Part shown: positions 15,100 to 29,741 of the stretch, in pieces
How positions within the stretch are numbered: position 1 is the stretch's first letter
Layout: every line of letters begins with the position of its first letter
DNA from: Eledone cirrhosa
Taxonomy: Eukaryota
Length of the DNA: 64,000 bases
Assembly (NCBI GenBank): GCA_964016885.1
Contig: OZ024753.1
Span: forward strand, 41,974,001 to 42,038,000
Direction: 5' to 3'
Translations under genes and position numbers: made by a program
Notes under the pieces: model-generated
Database searches by the model: none
What the model saw: only the letters and a program-made list of their open reading frames with translations
What the model was told of the DNA's origin: nothing

Positions 15100-15278
15100 A
15101 TATAAAAAGTGCTTCTAACGGCTAATATATAATATATAATGCAGTTCTATTTACAGGCCAACATAAGAGCAAGAATGAGGGGCTCATTCTACTGACATGG
15201 CTTTTAAAAAGAGGCTGTTTGCATTATTGCAAACAAATCGAATATTACCATTAATATTCGAAAAACTCAGATTACATT

Positions 15279-15321
<43 letters not shown>

Positions 15322-15463
15322 CGGCGATGTATATATATAACGGCGATGTATGATATGAAATCGTGTGTCGAAACAAATATTGTTATACTTGGGGAGAGTC
15401 ATATTTGTGTAATATTGCCAGATATAGCGTTGAAAATACAATGCAACAGGGGGAAACAATAGC

Positions 15464-15505
15464 ACCACTGACGATGTTGCAGATGTGCAACGAAAGAACT
15501 TTGAT
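15464..15505 (+). ncRNA. Hammerhead motif, family F (degenerate)
   Basis: ACCA-CUGACGA-U-GUUGCA GAUG UGCAAC-GAAA-GAAC-UU-UGAU: intact core and a 6-bp stem II; stems I and III are weak. Confidence 0.55.
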
Positions 15506-15546
15506 AAACTATATATATGTGTTTGTGTCTATATTGTATCTGTATT

Positions 15547-15900
15547 ATTTTTGACCGTTGGTCAGTCAATGGTAAACATTGAGGACCGAATAAATTAGAT
15601 TACTGATATAAAAGACACAGAAGCGAAAAGCGAAAACCAACCAAACAGTGAGTGTGTTCTGTTATTAATTCTGGCAATATTATTACACAAATATGACTCT
15701 CCCCAAGTATAACAATATATATAACAATATATATATATATATTGTTATACTTAGGGAGGGTCATATTGTTGTAATAATATTGCCAGAATTAATAACAGAA
15801 CACACTCACTGTTTGGTTGGTTTTCGCTTCTGTATCTTTTATATCAGTTAATTTATTCGGTCCTCAATGTTTACCATTGACTGACCAATGGTCAAAAATA
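15547..15900. repeat. Inverted repeat of family F tail, ~170-bp arms around a TA tract
   Basis: 15547-15718 is the near reverse complement of 15739-15900. Confidence 0.9.
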
Positions 15901-16196
15901 CATATATAAATAATAAATATATATATACATATATATATAGGATCGATCGACTTTCGTCAAATCGGACCGAGGAAACAATGTTTCCGTTGGTCTTTCCAGT
16001 TGCTATTACTATCTATCAGTCGCAACTCGAGGTAGAGGGAGCAACTCTAACCATATATATATGTAGAAGTTATATTTAAATTGTTGGGATACAACAGGCA
16101 AATATTTTTATAACTGATATAAAGCACTCAACAAATTATTGGAGTAAAAATACGATATATTAACAAATGGAAACTATATTTATAAAACCATATTTA

Positions 16197-16257
16197 TTTC
16201 ATTAAACATATTTCAAGGACACCAAGTCAAATTATGGTGCGCTTTCATCAGATAAAA
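16197..16257 (-). ncRNA. Type I hammerhead motif, family E (left arm)
   Basis: UUUUAU-CUGAUGA-AAGCGCACCA..UGGUGUCCUU-GAAA-UAUGUU-UA-AUGAAA. Confidence 0.6.
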
Positions 16258-16330
16258 TATAATATAGATCAGTTTTATAAATAAATATTGGGTATGTCAA
16301 TATTTATTTATAAAACTGATCTATATTATA

Positions 16331-16391
16331 TTTTATCTGACGAAAGCACACCATAATTTGACTTGGTGTCCTTGAAATATGTTTAATGAAA
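16331..16391 (+). ncRNA. Type I hammerhead motif, family E (right arm)
   Basis: UUUUAU-CUGACGA-AAGCACACCA..UGGUGUCCUU-GAAA-UAUGUU-UA-AUGAAA. Confidence 0.6.
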
Positions 16392-16435
16392 TAAATATGG
16401 TTTTATAAATATAGTTTCCATTTGTTAATATATCG

Positions 16436-16498
<63 letters not shown>

Positions 16499-16501
16499 AT
16501 G

Positions 16502-16562
<61 letters not shown>

Positions 16563-16573
16563 GTATATATATG

Positions 16574-16609
<36 letters not shown>

Positions 16610-16647
16610 GATATATATATGTATATATATATATGTATATGTATATA

Positions 16648-16681
<34 letters not shown>

Positions 16682-16689
16682 GTATATGT

Positions 16690-16744
<55 letters not shown>

Positions 16745-16756
16745 GTATATGTATAT

Positions 16757-16790
<34 letters not shown>

Positions 16791-16848
16791 ATTTCGTTTC
16801 TGAATTTGTTTAGCAAGATTCTTTATCTGAAATCGTGTGTTGAAACCG

Positions 16849-16916
16849 ATATTGTTATACTTTGGGAGGGTCATGTTGCCAATAAGATTATTGGCAACAT
16901 GACCCTCCCAAAGTAT

Positions 16917-16924
<8 letters not shown>
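16849..16924. repeat. Hairpin palindrome of a family F segment
   Basis: ATATTGTTATACTTTGGGAGGGTCATGTTGCCAATAA-GA-TTATTGGCAACATGACCCTCCCAAAGTATAACAATAT. Confidence 0.9.
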
Positions 16925-16976
<52 letters not shown>

Positions 16977-16983
16977 GTATGTA

Positions 16984-17021
<38 letters not shown>

Positions 17022-17080
17022 CGTAAAATAAGAAAATATCTTAAAAAAAAAAAAAAAATTTTTTAAATTGTTTACTTACT

Positions 17081-17121
<41 letters not shown>

Positions 17122-17128
17122 GTATGTA

Positions 17129-17182
<54 letters not shown>

Positions 17183-17215
17183 GTATGTATATATATATAT
17201 ATATATATATATACG

Positions 17216-17256
<41 letters not shown>

Positions 17257-17317
17257 GTATGTATATATATATGTATATATATATACGTATATATATATAC
17301 GTATGTATATATATATA

Positions 17318-17494
17318 TAACAAAGGAATTGTGGTAAGGAACCAGATTGACCATAACGCACCTGAGTACTCAATACTTAGTGTAGTAGAGTGGGAAATAA
17401 GAAAAAGTATGACCCCGACGGCAGAGCTCAAGCTGTTTCGACGGCCAGAAATAGCCGTCGAAACGGCTTGAGCTCTGCCGTCGGGGTCATATTT

Positions 17495-17498
<4 letters not shown>
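17318..17498 (-). mobile_element. HHR element family B, fold-back copy
   Basis: Palindrome 17401-17498 contains GAAA-CGGC..GCCG-UC (stem III and cleavage site) plus the family B tail; TA-flanked. Confidence 0.8.
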
Positions 17499-17526
<28 letters not shown>

Positions 17527-17646
17527 GGATGGATAGATAGACGTAGCTTATTTAAACCCAGAGTGAATTTGAAGATTTGACAAGCAAAATATTGCAATTA
17601 AAAGAACCCAATTCATTTCCGGTATACATGTCCTGTTTGTTATGTT

Positions 17647-17680
<34 letters not shown>

Positions 17681-17687
<7 letters not shown>

Positions 17688-17780
17688 GTCCCAAAAATGT
17701 ATACACACTTTGATGACCTGTACAGGCAATATTTCTTAGAATACTGTTGAAGTGTGTATACATTTTTAGGGACACCTTAT
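17681..17780. mobile_element. Tc1/mariner-type MITE
   Basis: CAGAGTGTCCCAAAAATGTATACACACTT...AAGTGTGTATACATTTTTAGGGACACCT. Confidence 0.75.
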
Positions 17781-17864
17781 ATATATATATATATATATGT
17801 TGGTGTATATATATGTATATATACCTATATAGATACACACACACATATATATGTATGTATGTTG

Positions 17865-17901
<37 letters not shown>

Positions 17902-17942
17902 CCTATATAGATACATGTACACACACATATATATGTATGTTG

Positions 17943-17996
<54 letters not shown>

Positions 17997-18023
17997 ATAT
18001 AGATACATGTACACACACACATA

Positions 18024-18094
<71 letters not shown>

Positions 18095-18340
18095 ATATAG
18101 ATACATGTACACACACACATATATATGTATGTTGGTGTGTATATAGATAGATAGATAGATAGATAGATATAGATCGATACATGTACACACACACACACAC
18201 ACATATATATATGTATGTATGTTGGTGTGTGTATATATATATATATATACACCTATATAGATACATGTACACACACACATATATATGTATGTTGGTGTGT
18301 ATATATATAGATAGATAGATAGATATAGATCGATACATGT

Positions 18341-18375
<35 letters not shown>

Positions 18376-21254
18376 GATACATACATTTATGTGTGTGGAT
18401 ATGCGGAATTAATCATCTGCTGCTAGTGTAGATTTCATGATAATCGAATAAGAGGAAAAAAGTGGTCTGTGATGTGTTTCTTTCTCTCCTTCTCCTCCTC
18501 CTCACCCCCATATCTCTATATACCTTACCTCCACCTCTCTCCCTATATATATGTCTGTGTGTCTGTGTGTCTGTGTGTCTGTGTGTTTGGAAATATTTCT
18601 TGGATTAATCCTCACGTTACCATATTTCTGGTGCCTACAGTGTTTCACAATATTTAAAATATAATAATAATAATTGTCTCTACTTTAGGCACAAGGCCAG
18701 CAATTACCCAGTGCATTACTGGTACTTTATTTTATCGACCCCGTAAGGATGAAAGGCAAATCAACCTCAATAATAATAATAATAAGGAAATTATTGTGTA
18801 CAGTGCTCAGGTGCACTACAACTCATCAAAGGTGCATGTATAGTACATAGAATAATATACAATAGAATAATATAGAATAATATATAATCAAGAATTTCAA
18901 GACAGTAATATAACAAACTTTATCATAGTTAAGTTGGTGTTTGAAATATAACTTTAAAAAAAGGTTCTTATATAAAATAATGTTGGATTGTTTTTAAATA
19001 AATATAAACACTTTATTGGTATATTTAGGGAGGGTCATGTTATTCTAATATTGCCAGAAAAATATAGTAAAACACACTCAATATTTGGTTTTGTTTTCGC
19101 TTCAGTATATCTTTTATATTTCCCCAATTATAACGATATCTGTTTCAACACACGATTTCATATAAAAAAATCTTGTGAGACAAATACCTCGCCGCCATAA
19201 ACACTAACCCTTTCTATAATCACATTTCTAATAAAAGACACTGTTGTGATTTTCAAATAATTTAGAAAATAATCAAGCAAATTAAAAGATTTAGTAATTA
19301 AATTAACCTTCTAATTTATAAATTGGTGATTAGAACATAACTTAACAAAAGTTCTTACATAAAATTATGATGGAATATTTTTAGATAAATATAAACACGT
19401 TAACCCTTTCCATTTTCACATTTCTAATCTTTCTAATTTATATATTGGTGATTGGAACATAACTTAACAAAAGCTCTCATATAAAATTAGGATGGGAAGT
19501 TTATATCGTTGGTTGGTTTCAGGCGGTTTGGTATAAAAATAGTTGCTTTATTCCATTAGTCAAATTCTATCACTAGTGCCAATAATACTAATAACTATGG
19601 TAGTAGCACCAATACTAGAATGTGTTTCATATATGAAATAACTTACATTTTTTTCACTAATTTCTAGTTGGTAATTCTTAAACACCTGGTTTCAGTTCCT
19701 TAGACATGTCATGAGATATATAAACACTTTTGTGACTATATTTAAAAACAAGAATATATTCTAACTTGGTTTTAATTACCAAAATAAGTTTTTTGCAACA
19801 TTACTTTCATTTTCTTTATTTTTGACTAAATATTAAATTCTTTATCATTTAAATTTAATTTTATCCTAGAAATAAAAGGAAATACAATTTATTTATTTAT
19901 ATATTTATATTAAGAAAATCCAGAATTACGATAGATTTAATGAAATAAACTTCCAACTTGATAACATAAATATTTAAGTACTGAAATCTAAAACTATTAT
20001 CTATCGTGTAATGATGGGATTTCAGATTTGCATTTAAATTTGAAAAATTTAATAGAGTCAGTTTTAGATGGGTTGGTGTTTAAATATTGGTCTGAAAATT
20101 TGAAGAATTATAGTTTTAATATTTCTTTGTTTTTGATATTTATTCAATAAGCTGTGACTAGTTATCTATGTTGTATATTGTTGTTAAAATTTGCAGTATT
20201 AGAGCAAAAAGTTTAATTCTTAACGTGGTGCAATCATAAAAGATAGAACAATGATGGTGGCTGATATAAATAGACAAATATGTTCTGGGTTTAAACTCTG
20301 CCTAGATCCACTTTTTCCTTTCATCTATCTCAGGTTAAACAATAGCTGACAGTCTGGTGTTACTCCCTTAGCCAGTTGCCACACCCTTTACTGTCGATCC
20401 ACTATCACCCTAGCTCATATATAAGTGGTTGTGACAGTTGGCGGCTGTAGTTTGTGCCATTCAGCTTGCTTGATAAAAATTACATTGGAACAAGATCGAC
20501 ATTTTTTTTCTTTTTCTTTTTTATGGTATATTTTCATTGGCACTGGTGTTTGTTAAAGTTGCGAACCTTTTTAATACCAAAAAACTGTTTGTTTTCAACT
20601 GTTTATATTTATCTAAAACCTTCCGGTCATAATTTTATATAAGAATGTTTGTTAAACACAAGTTTCATTATGAGAAAGTTGATTATATTTTCTCGAAATT
20701 CTTGATTATTTTCAAAATTATTTGAAAATCATTGGAAATATATTAAGGGAAGAATTAATGACATAGATAGTGTCTTTCATTAGACATATACCAAGGAAAG
20801 AATTAATTAAAGTAACAAAAAATTAGAAGAGAGAGAGAGTCGCAGTTTTAATTAAGTGTTCGTTTAAAGATACCATCTTAATAATATATACCAAATACCT
20901 TAGTTTATTTTAATACTATTGATTTTTATTTGAAGTAGGTAAAACTAAAATCTCGGGTAACCAAACGATTGGGGGAGGGGGGGTCTGTATTGGGTAATTC
21001 GGCATGCTAGAAATAGCAACCAAATCTTCCTGAAATTACATGACATCTTTATATAAAAAGATAAAAGATACTGGATAACACAGACCTAGATGTCTAAAAA
21101 TAAATAAATTGTGTGAGTGGGTGACTGGAATATTTTTTTATCACAGGTCGACTCAATAAAGGCAGACCTTGGGGTTAAACAACAAGAACAACATCATAGA
21201 AATATAGGATATATAAATTGTAGAGTTGTATATTTTAATATCTTTAACTTAGCC

Positions 21255-22541
21255 TAGGGGATTCTAACCTGAGATCCGTTAAGGCCCTGGGGTGGGGTGT
21301 CTGTAAACCCTGGGTGGAAGGTCCGTGAGATATGTTCACAATTTCAAATATTATACTATGAATATAATATATATACTATTAAGCATTCTTTCCTCTCTAA
21401 ATATAAACATTCCTCTGTTTTTATTGTTATTCTTACTATATTACAATATCAACTACTTTGTTATAGACACAATATATATACACACTATTGGGTGTGCTCT
21501 AAATATAATAATATCAAGTACTTTGTTATAGACACAATATATATACACACTATTGGGTGTTCTCTAAATATAATAATATCAAGTACTTTGTTATAGACAC
21601 AATATATATACACACTATTGGGTGTTCTCTAAATATAAGAATATCAACTACTTTGTTATAGACACAATATATATACACACTATTGGGTGTTCTCTAAATA
21701 TAATAATATCAACTACTTTGTTATAGACACAATATATATACACACTATTGGGTGTTCTCTAAATATAATAATATCAACTACTTTGTTATAGACACAATAT
21801 ATATACACACTATTGGGTGTTCTCTAAATATAATAATATCAACTACTTTGTTATAGTCACAATATATATACACACTATTGGGTGTTCTCTAAATATAAGA
21901 ATATCAAGTACTTTGTTATAGACACAATATATATACACACTATTGGGTGTTCTCTAAATATAATATCAAGTACTTTGTTATAGACACAATATATATATAC
22001 ACTATTGGGTGTTCTCTAAATATAAGAATATCAACTACTTTGTTATAGACACAATATACACACTATTGGGTGTTCTCTAAATATAAGAATATCAAGTACT
22101 TTGTTATAGACACAATATATATACACACTATTGGGTGTTCTCTAAATATAATAATATCAACTTCTTTGTTATAGACACAATATACACACTATTGGGTGTT
22201 CTCTAAATATAAGAATATCAAGTACTTTGTTATAGACACAATATATATACACACTATTGGGTGTTCTCTAAATATAATAATATCAAGTACTTTGTTATAG
22301 ACACAATATATACACTATTGGGCCTCCTTCCTTCTCTAAATATAATATCAAGTACTTTGTTATAAACATAACAGATACACACTGTTGGGTGTCCTTTCTT
22401 CTTTAAATATAAACATTTCAAGTACTTTGTAATTTTTATTCTCATTGTATAAGAATCTGGGAAGGGCAGGGTGGATCTGTGGGAAAGTTCATTTAAATAA
22501 AAGGGGTCGGTCGTTGGTATTGAAAAGTTTGGGAACCTCTA
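21255..22541. mobile_element. Possible hAT-type non-autonomous element enclosing the 65-bp array
   Basis: Ends TAGGGGATTCTAACCT and AAGTTTGGGAACCTCTA resemble degenerate Charlie-like TIRs; no TSD seen. Confidence 0.4.
21445..22432. repeat. Minisatellite, 65-bp unit, ~15 copies
   Basis: CTTTGTTATAGACACAATATATATACACACTATTGGGTGTTCTCTAAATATAATAATATCAAGTA recurs at 21456, 21521, 21586 and onward. Confidence 0.95.
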
Positions 22542-22704
22542 CATTTGATGAAGTCGCTTTCTAGAATTCCGTAAAATGCTTAAAATAAAAATAAAATAAA
22601 ATTTAAAAAATTAAGCCACGTTTAAATAATAATATTTATTACCTCCAAATTATTCCCTTTAATTCCTCCCACCCTATATAGAAATAACTAAATTCGATCA
22701 CTGT

Positions 22705-22754
<50 letters not shown>

Positions 22755-23153
22755 CTTTTGAGGGTTATGCTGCCAATAAATATATATATTATAGAATATA
22801 CATTCATTTCGATTCAGTTGAATTTTTTTAAGGTGGCTTTGCATTTATATATAAAAAAAAAACAACACAGGTAGGTTTTCAAACTAGAGGACAATTGTGA
22901 AAGTAGGTCTTATAATGTTGTTTTCTTTTAATAATGTTGCTAAATTTTGATAGCTTTTACGATAAACAAAATACCTAAATAGACAATTATATAATAATAT
23001 TTCACTTAGATTTATTGTAACTTCATTTTGGAGAATATATTTTATAATTTGTTGGAAATATTTTAAAGAATTGTTATAATTATTACCTTGAATAATATTT
23101 AGTTAACTGTATTATATAACTGTATGATCTAGTTATGTCATAGAAATATAGCA

Positions 23154-23238
<85 letters not shown>

Positions 23239-23437
23239 ATTATGTATATATATGAATGCATGTAAGTTTTTATATATATATATGTGTGTGTGTCTAACTT
23301 ATGAAACTATACTTAATTTATAATGTACATATAAACAGATAATTATGCATATATATATATATATATATATATATACAGGTGTATATATGTATATATATAT
23401 ATACACCTGTATATATATATATATATATATATACCTG

Positions 23438-23491
<54 letters not shown>

Positions 23492-23492
23492 G

Positions 23493-23547
<55 letters not shown>

Positions 23548-24362
23548 CGGTACCCATGTACCCACGGGCAGAAACACTTCCCTCGCCACCCTCCCATCTA
23601 GCAGAACACTGAGTACGTTTGTGTATATATATGTGTATATATATGTGCGTGTGTATATAACTGTCTGTGTAAGTATACGTGTGTAAGAATTATTTTTTTA
23701 TGTAATGTTTATACCAAAGCTTTAAATTTTAATTGTCACAACTAACTTTCATTCTTTAGTTGATGCTTGGAACATAACTTAACAGAGGTACTTACATAAA
23801 TATAAACATTTTAAAAATAAATCTTTTTGCATTGTAAAATGTATGGCGGTTTCAGGGGGTTTAAAATCAAAAGGGTTCATTAAAAGGGTTCATGTTTATT
23901 ATAAAATATTTTAAAACTGAACTATAAGTGATTAAATTTAAGCCAGAAATTGTTCACAATAAATTTTTCTTAATCCTTTTCATAGAAAACTGCCTGAAAA
24001 CACCTTTGTTTTTATGATATAAAACTTTATTTTTATGTAAAGACCTTTTTTAAATTTTATATAAGAACCTTTGTTAAGTTATGTTCCAAACACCAACTTA
24101 TTAATGAGAAAGTTATTTATTTCTCTTTGATTTCTAAATCCCTCCCAAATTATTGATTATGTTTTCTAAATATTTTTAAATTATGAGCAGTGTCATTCGG
24201 TAGAAATGTGGTAACGAAAGAAACTTAATAACAACACCTATCCAAAATAAGAAAATATTATATAGTTTATATCACCATATTGTTATATTACAATATCATA
24301 TAGTTATGTTATATCATTACCATATTGTTTTTATAATATCATATCGTTAAATATTAAAATGG

Positions 24363-24468
<106 letters not shown>

Positions 24469-24664
24469 AATATATATTAATAAAATATATATTTATATAT
24501 ATACATAAATATATATGTGTATATAAATATTTATATGTGTATATCAATATTTATATGTATATATAAAAATATTTATATGTATATATGTATGTATATATAT
24601 TTATGCATATATATATAAATATATATATTTATATATACATATATATGTATATATATATCTATGT

Positions 24665-24731
<67 letters not shown>

Positions 24732-25035
24732 CATTATATAAAAATATTTATATGTATATTTATATAAATATATATATTTATAGATATATACATATTTATG
24801 TATATATATTTATGTATATATAGAAATATACAGCCGGATGGCTGGAACAGATAAAAGAGTAAAAGAGTATATATATATATAAATATTTATATGTATATGT
24901 ATATTTATATAAATATATATATATATATATATACATATCTATGTGTATATATATATACATATTTATACATATATTTGTATAAATATATATATTTATATAT
25001 ATACATATCAATGTATATATGAATATTTATATGTA

Positions 25036-25109
<74 letters not shown>

Positions 25110-25338
25110 CATTTATACATATACATATATACATATATATTTATACATATCTTACATTTATATATAACCTTTACAAAGTTAGCGACAGGTAGGTTCCTAG
25201 AAAAGCAACCTAAAATAAGACAGCTTCACAAATAATTTAGCAATTACCGCGGTTATATATATATATAGAGATATTAGTATAATCCTTCATATTTCCTTTA
25301 GTATATTTTCTTTATTGGGAATCTAAAATATAAACAAT

Positions 25339-25602
25339 TTAACCCTTTCGTTACTGTAATTCTAATAAAAGACATTGCCCTATGATCCTATGATCCTATG
25401 ATTTTCAAATAATTTCGAAAATAATCGAGAATGTTGAGGAATTTAGTAATATAACTAACTTAACTTCTCATTAATAAGCTAACAAATGTTCTTACATTAA
25501 ACTATGATGGAAGGAGTTTTAGATAAATATAAATACTTTATAACAGCTTTGTGTTATAGGACCAAGGGTGGTTTCAGGGCCGTTTGGTGTCAAAAAGGTT
25601 CA
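25339..25602 (+). mobile_element. piggyBac-type MITE
   Basis: Starts TTAA-CCCTTT and ends AAAGG-TTCA. Related pieces at ~19205-19535, 23975-24225 and 63870-64000. Confidence 0.55.
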
Positions 25603-26367
25603 TGTCACATTATTTTATTTTATACGTAGTATACACAATATACTGATATTATATATATCATTATATAATTGTTTCTACTTTTGGCACAAGGCCAGCAATT
25701 ACCCCAGTGTATTACTGGTACATTATTTTATCGATCCCGTAAGGATGAAAGGCAAAGTTAACCTCGGCGGGATTTGAACTCAGAATATTACGTCTTCCCA
25801 TATTTTAAATATTTCAACAAATTATAAGAATGATATTTTCTAGTTTTGTCTACTGATATTATTGGCTGAATCTGAATCGTTAGAGCATCCGTTAGACTGT
25901 GTTGTGGCATTCATCCCGACTCTCTGCCCTCTCAGTTCAAATCATGTCGAAGTCAGCTTTGTCTGTCATATTTTCGAGGTCGATAAATAAAGTATCAGTC
26001 CAGTACTGGGGTTGATTCCTCTCTCTCTCTCTCTAAAAGAAATCTACTTAACCCCGTTCCCTACTCATATAACAAGTTGTGGCGTTCCATCTTTGAAATA
26101 TGAATGTTTGTTTCACCTCTGATAAAGACCATTAAAGATGGAGAGAGGAAATGTGAGGTGAGGTGTCTACCTGAAAACATTGACTCCAGGTCAGGTGTTG
26201 GTGGTGTTTATAACACCTTTAGTCTACCTGACCCTATTGATATATATATACACACACACACACACACATATATATATGCGCACGCACACACACACACACA
26301 CATATATATATGCACACACACACATACGCGCACACACACACACACACACATACGCACACACATACAT

Positions 26368-26735
<368 letters not shown>

Positions 26736-27483
26736 CTCTCTCTCTCTCTATATATATATATAGACAGACCGACACATACACAGGCACACACTTTATTCTC
26801 TTCGTAGTTAAAAGGTCTTGGAACAACATAACGACATTTAAATCTTCTCCATTCTCGGTCGGGCTTCATTTACAAATGTAGAGTCCCGTACCTCCATTAG
26901 GACACAATATTATGTATGATATCAAATGGATAGACAGTCGGCCTTAATTTACAAATGTAGAGTCTTGTACTTCCATTAGGACGACACAATAGTATGTATG
27001 AAGATATCAAATAGACAGATAGTTAGTTGTGCTAGTCGTTCAATGACTGTTTCACAGAAACACATATTCAGCTGTCGTCTGCTTAGTACCATTTCTTCTT
27101 GCATCCCTCAGGCTCATCACTTCTGCTAACTAAAGCAGCGACAGTTTACACGTGCGACCCACATTAGTTTTCTAAGAAAATCTCCTGCTCGCTGCTTCTT
27201 CTGCATCACTGCTTTACATTTGAACAAGTTTTTCTCGATTCAACAAACCTTTAGAAATTTGGAGCAAATACTCATTACAGCAGTTAGAGATTTACCTCCT
27301 CGCCAACTAAAACGTCTGCTTCTCTGGAACACCAGAACAGCTTCAACAATCTATAAGGTCTTCTCTAGTTTTCTTTGCTCTCTTTCTTTCTTTTCTTTTC
27401 TTTCTTCCCCTCTTTCTTTCTATCTCTCTTTTTCTCCTTTTCCCTTTCCTTTTCTTCAGTTTTTGCTAGACAATAAGGTAATA

Positions 27484-27914
27484 CAGATCAAGATGTTGAT
27501 ATTCAGTTACTTACAGTAGTTGAACGATTGCCGTTATTTATTATAATTTGATAAATGTAAACATAAACTGTCCGTAATAACATTAACAGTAGTTTAATAA
27601 TATTGGTTTCTAATTTAGACATAAGGCCAGCAAAATCTTGTGTGGGGAGGGAGAGCGAAGGTTGATTAAATCAACCTCAGTACACCACTGGTATTATATT
27701 TTATCGACTTTGGAAAGGATGAAAGGCAAAGTTGGACTTGGCCATATTTCAACTGAGAACGTGAATGTCACAATACCATTTTATATGATGATCTACCAAT
27801 TCTGAGTGGACGTGCGTAGCCTAGTGGTAAATGTGTTGGACTTACGGTCATAATGTCGTGGGTTCGAAAGTGGGAGAAATGAAGTGAGAAAAAGATATAG
27901 AGGAAGAATCGACC
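27484..27914 (+). repeat. Arm 1 of a ~430-bp inverted duplication
   Basis: Reverse complement of 32968-33395 with only a few substitutions. Confidence 0.9.
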
Positions 27915-27989
27915 TTAAATTAGCAGAGAGCTGGAACTAATATCACAAATCATTCTATCTGACATTCTAATGACTCTGACAATCTATCT

Positions 27990-28240
27990 AGGGCGGGTAA
28001 ATTTCCCGAGATCCATAGACGAGTTTTCTCCAGCGGTCTCTGTCCCTCATCATCGCTTCCATGTCTTGCGTCTCCAAGAAACCAGTGTCTGTCCTTAGGG
28101 CATCAACATATGTCAACCTCGGTCACCCTCTTTGAGTGTGTCCATGCAGGGGGTCCCACAGGAGCACTGAGCGCAGTGTCAACCCTGGATATTGGTGAGC
28201 AAGTCCAGCTAACCTCAGTATCCTCAGTGCTGCTTTGGAG

Positions 28241-28321
<81 letters not shown>

Positions 28322-28512
28322 TATTTATTTTATAGAAGGAGCTTCTACAGGACTAGTACTGTTTCATTCAGATGAGAGCTTCCTGAAGATTTCATCTGAA
28401 TGAAACAGTACTAGTCCTGTAGAAGCTCCTTCTATAAAATAAAAAAATTTACTCTGCCATGTATTGAGTACCTTACTTACTGTGGTTATCCCCGACTCAA
28501 CCCGGGACCTAC

Positions 28513-28557
<45 letters not shown>

Positions 28558-28870
28558 AACCTCGGTCTCCCTCTTCGAGTGTGTCCATGCAGGGGCTCCC
28601 ACAGGAGCACTGAGTGCAGTGTCAACTCTGGATATCGGTGAGCATGTCCAGCTAACCTCAATCTCCTCTGTGCTACTCTCCAGCTGACTTTTGGGAGGCT
28701 CCCGTACAGCCTCTGAGTTCTTCACCCTCAGTGATTACTGATTAATGTTCAGAGCCATCCTCAACATTCTCGTGTAGCACCCATCCATCATCTGAGGGAG
28801 TTTCTTGGCCAGTGTCCAAGTCTCAGACCTGTACAGTAGCACAGACTCCACTACAGCAATGAAGAGACGA
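27990..28870 (-). mobile_element. RTE-clade LINE C-terminal fragment, interrupted and partly duplicated
   Basis: Minus strand reads RLFIAVVESVLLYRSETWTL...DGCYTRMLRMALNI...LYGSLPKVSWRVAQRRLRLAGHAHR...LLWEPLHGHTRRGRPRLTY...DALRTDTG...MEAMMRDRDRWR. Confidence 0.85.
28376..28428 (+). ncRNA. Type I hammerhead ribozyme, family A (best-preserved copy)
   Basis: GAGCUUC-CUGAAGA-UUUCA UC UGAAU-GAAA-CAG UACUAGUC CUG-UA-GAAGCUC: 7-bp stem I, complete core, 4-bp stem III, predicted cut after 28421. It lies in the palindrome 28324-28443. Confidence 0.8.
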
Positions 28871-29091
28871 CTGACAACACACCACCTATATTTCAGTTAT
28901 CTAGGATAACACCTTAGTTACCATGTACTGGAAAGTTCTTCCTAACCCTCCTAAAATATCGATCTAGTCATATCTTTTACAACTTATAAACTCTGACTTA
29001 TCGATTCTAGTATAACTCAACCCAGGTTAATTATCTATTAATGTTCCTTTAACTTCCTCTTTAATCTCCTATTACTGGTATTCACACACAT

Positions 29092-29180
<89 letters not shown>

Positions 29181-29323
29181 CTTATATATATATATACATA
29201 TATATATATACATATATATATATACATATATATATATGTATATATATATATACGTATATATATATATATATATATACATATATATATACACATACATATA
29301 TACATATATATATATACACATAC

Positions 29324-29354
<31 letters not shown>

Positions 29355-29400
29355 CACACACACACATATATATATACACACATACATATATATATATATG

Positions 29401-29434
<34 letters not shown>

Positions 29435-29468
29435 TATATATATACACACATACATATATATATATATG

Positions 29469-29572
<104 letters not shown>

Positions 29573-29741
29573 CAATAAAGAAATCTATATATATATGTAT
29601 ATATGTATATATATACACATATATACACATACACACACACATATATATATATATATACATATATACATACACATACATATATATATGTATGTGTATGTAT
29701 ATATATATTTATTAAAATAACAGAGCAAAGAATCGCTGCTT

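Larger units (their letters stand above)
16148..16440. repeat. Near-perfect palindrome (~143-bp arms, 7-nt spacer) of HHR family E
   Basis: The arms are reverse complements around GGTATGT at 16291-16297. Confidence 0.95.

Noticed and set aside
16823-16860. TAT-CTGAAAT-CGTGTGTT-GAAA-CCGATATTG-TT-ATA as a hammerhead (also ~15352 and ~19130)
   Set aside because: The core does not fit CUGANGA or a 3-8 covariant, and stem II does not pair.
21445-22432. CRISPR-like appearance of regular arrays (also 1-621, 40605-41092)
   Set aside because: No unique spacers, no cas genes, and the context is eukaryotic.
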